Position numbers and translations under genes: made by a program. The notes under the pieces were generated by a model that worked only from the letters and a program-made list of their open reading frames with translations, did no database searches and was not told the DNA's origin. DNA of 60,774 bases, filler included, from Hausera hauseri (Eukaryota), in assembly GCA_046269625.1 (NCBI GenBank). It is 11 parts of 11 records of this genome, joined end to end, with 100 filler letters (N's around TTAATTAATTAA, not from the genome) between each part and the next. Parts side by side here need not be neighbours in the genome. Positions count along the whole stretch, not along the records: positions 56,335 to 60,774 come from JBJURY010581002.1; 10 more parts are not named here. One strand, written 5' to 3'. This document shows, piece by piece, positions 60,100 to 60,774 of the stretch (positions are counted from its first letter, which is position 1; each line of letters starts with the position of its first letter).

Positions 60100-60575
60100 T
60101 GCATATATACATTTTTGTTTTTTGAATAAAAAACATAGGTCGATAACAATATATTGTCTAAAACACAGCTAACAAAATTACTATTGCTTAAAACCTTTTT
60201 ACGGTTATAACAATTTTTCCCGTGTGAAAAACATTTACACATAGAGGATTATAACAGGTTAGTCTAAGTGAAGATAACAATTCCGATTCATAGAGACTTG
60301 GATTATTCCTCACCAATTCTTTGAGATCTACGGATTCATCAAAATCACATGTCACGGTAATAGATTGTATGCCCACAATGGAAATATTATAGGGTAAACT
60401 GCATGAATCATTAGTTTGTTTGCATTCCATTATTCGACATTTGCTATCGGAAAAGAGTATAAATGTATATTCTGTATGCGGAAAAACGCATTGTTTGGGC
60501 CTACAGCGGAATTGGAACTTATCTACGGAAGCTGTAATGAAGCCATTGTAATTAATATTGCTCAATATTTTTGTA
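60100..60575 (-). pseudogene. Compact TBP-fold (TATA-binding-protein-like) ORF, probably viral/mobile, frameshifted at the C-terminus
   Basis: IQSITVTCDFDESVDLKEL...YESELLSSL...PLCVNVFHTGKIVIT ~ TBP NIVGSCDVKFPIRLEGL...YEPELFPGL...IFVSGKVVLT. The first repeat is LSNINY...ILFSDSKCRIM. Confidence 0.65.
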
Positions 60576-60774
60576 AAAATGAAATATGACTGTCAAGGTA
60601 TTGATTTATATACATCGTCCTCCTAACGTTTGATAGGTTCATTCAAATAGGAATAAAATGATCGGTTCAAGTAAGACAGTGTAGGTTGGTGTGGTTATAT
60701 TTTTCATTATTCCAAAAATCCTTTTGAAAAATTGTGAGTTTTTAATTCTACTCTCCTAAATGAACTATATATTT

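Noticed and set aside
1-60774. CRISPR arrays, rRNA, intact tRNA genes or prokaryotic operons; species assignment
   Set aside because: None seen. The content is eukaryotic, and the species cannot be determined from the sequence alone.

Overview
AT-rich eukaryotic, most likely metazoan, DNA. The window is 11 unrelated contigs joined by artificial 100-bp N44-TTAATTAATTAA-N44 linkers and is almost entirely mobile-element debris. That debris includes decayed Maverick/Polinton (adintovirus-like) pieces (pPolB, capsids, adenain, integrase), several Ty3/Gypsy elements and one Transib/Chapaev-like TIR element. Only one long intact host-type gene is present, a secreted KR-processed repeat precursor with an 11-residue Cys periodicity. 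The standout is one Gypsy family with two unusual traits. (1) In three copies its Gag is preceded by a ubiquitin-sized domain ending H(L/F)RIRGG|M. (2) Its LTRs keep only short TGTRG...CYACA-type termini, while their interiors and flanks are mosaics of intron-less, always sense-oriented host gene fragments (NIPBL, PRDX4, NUP35, alpha-tubulin, AP3D1, SLC25A11, TRMT11, TRPV, TXNDC11, TPC, SETDB1, PDS5, a PHD finger, USP22). The clearest case is a 1044-bp TG..CA unit with a 5-bp TSD that is mostly NUP35 sequence. All protein identities were recognised by eye from motifs; no searches were run.
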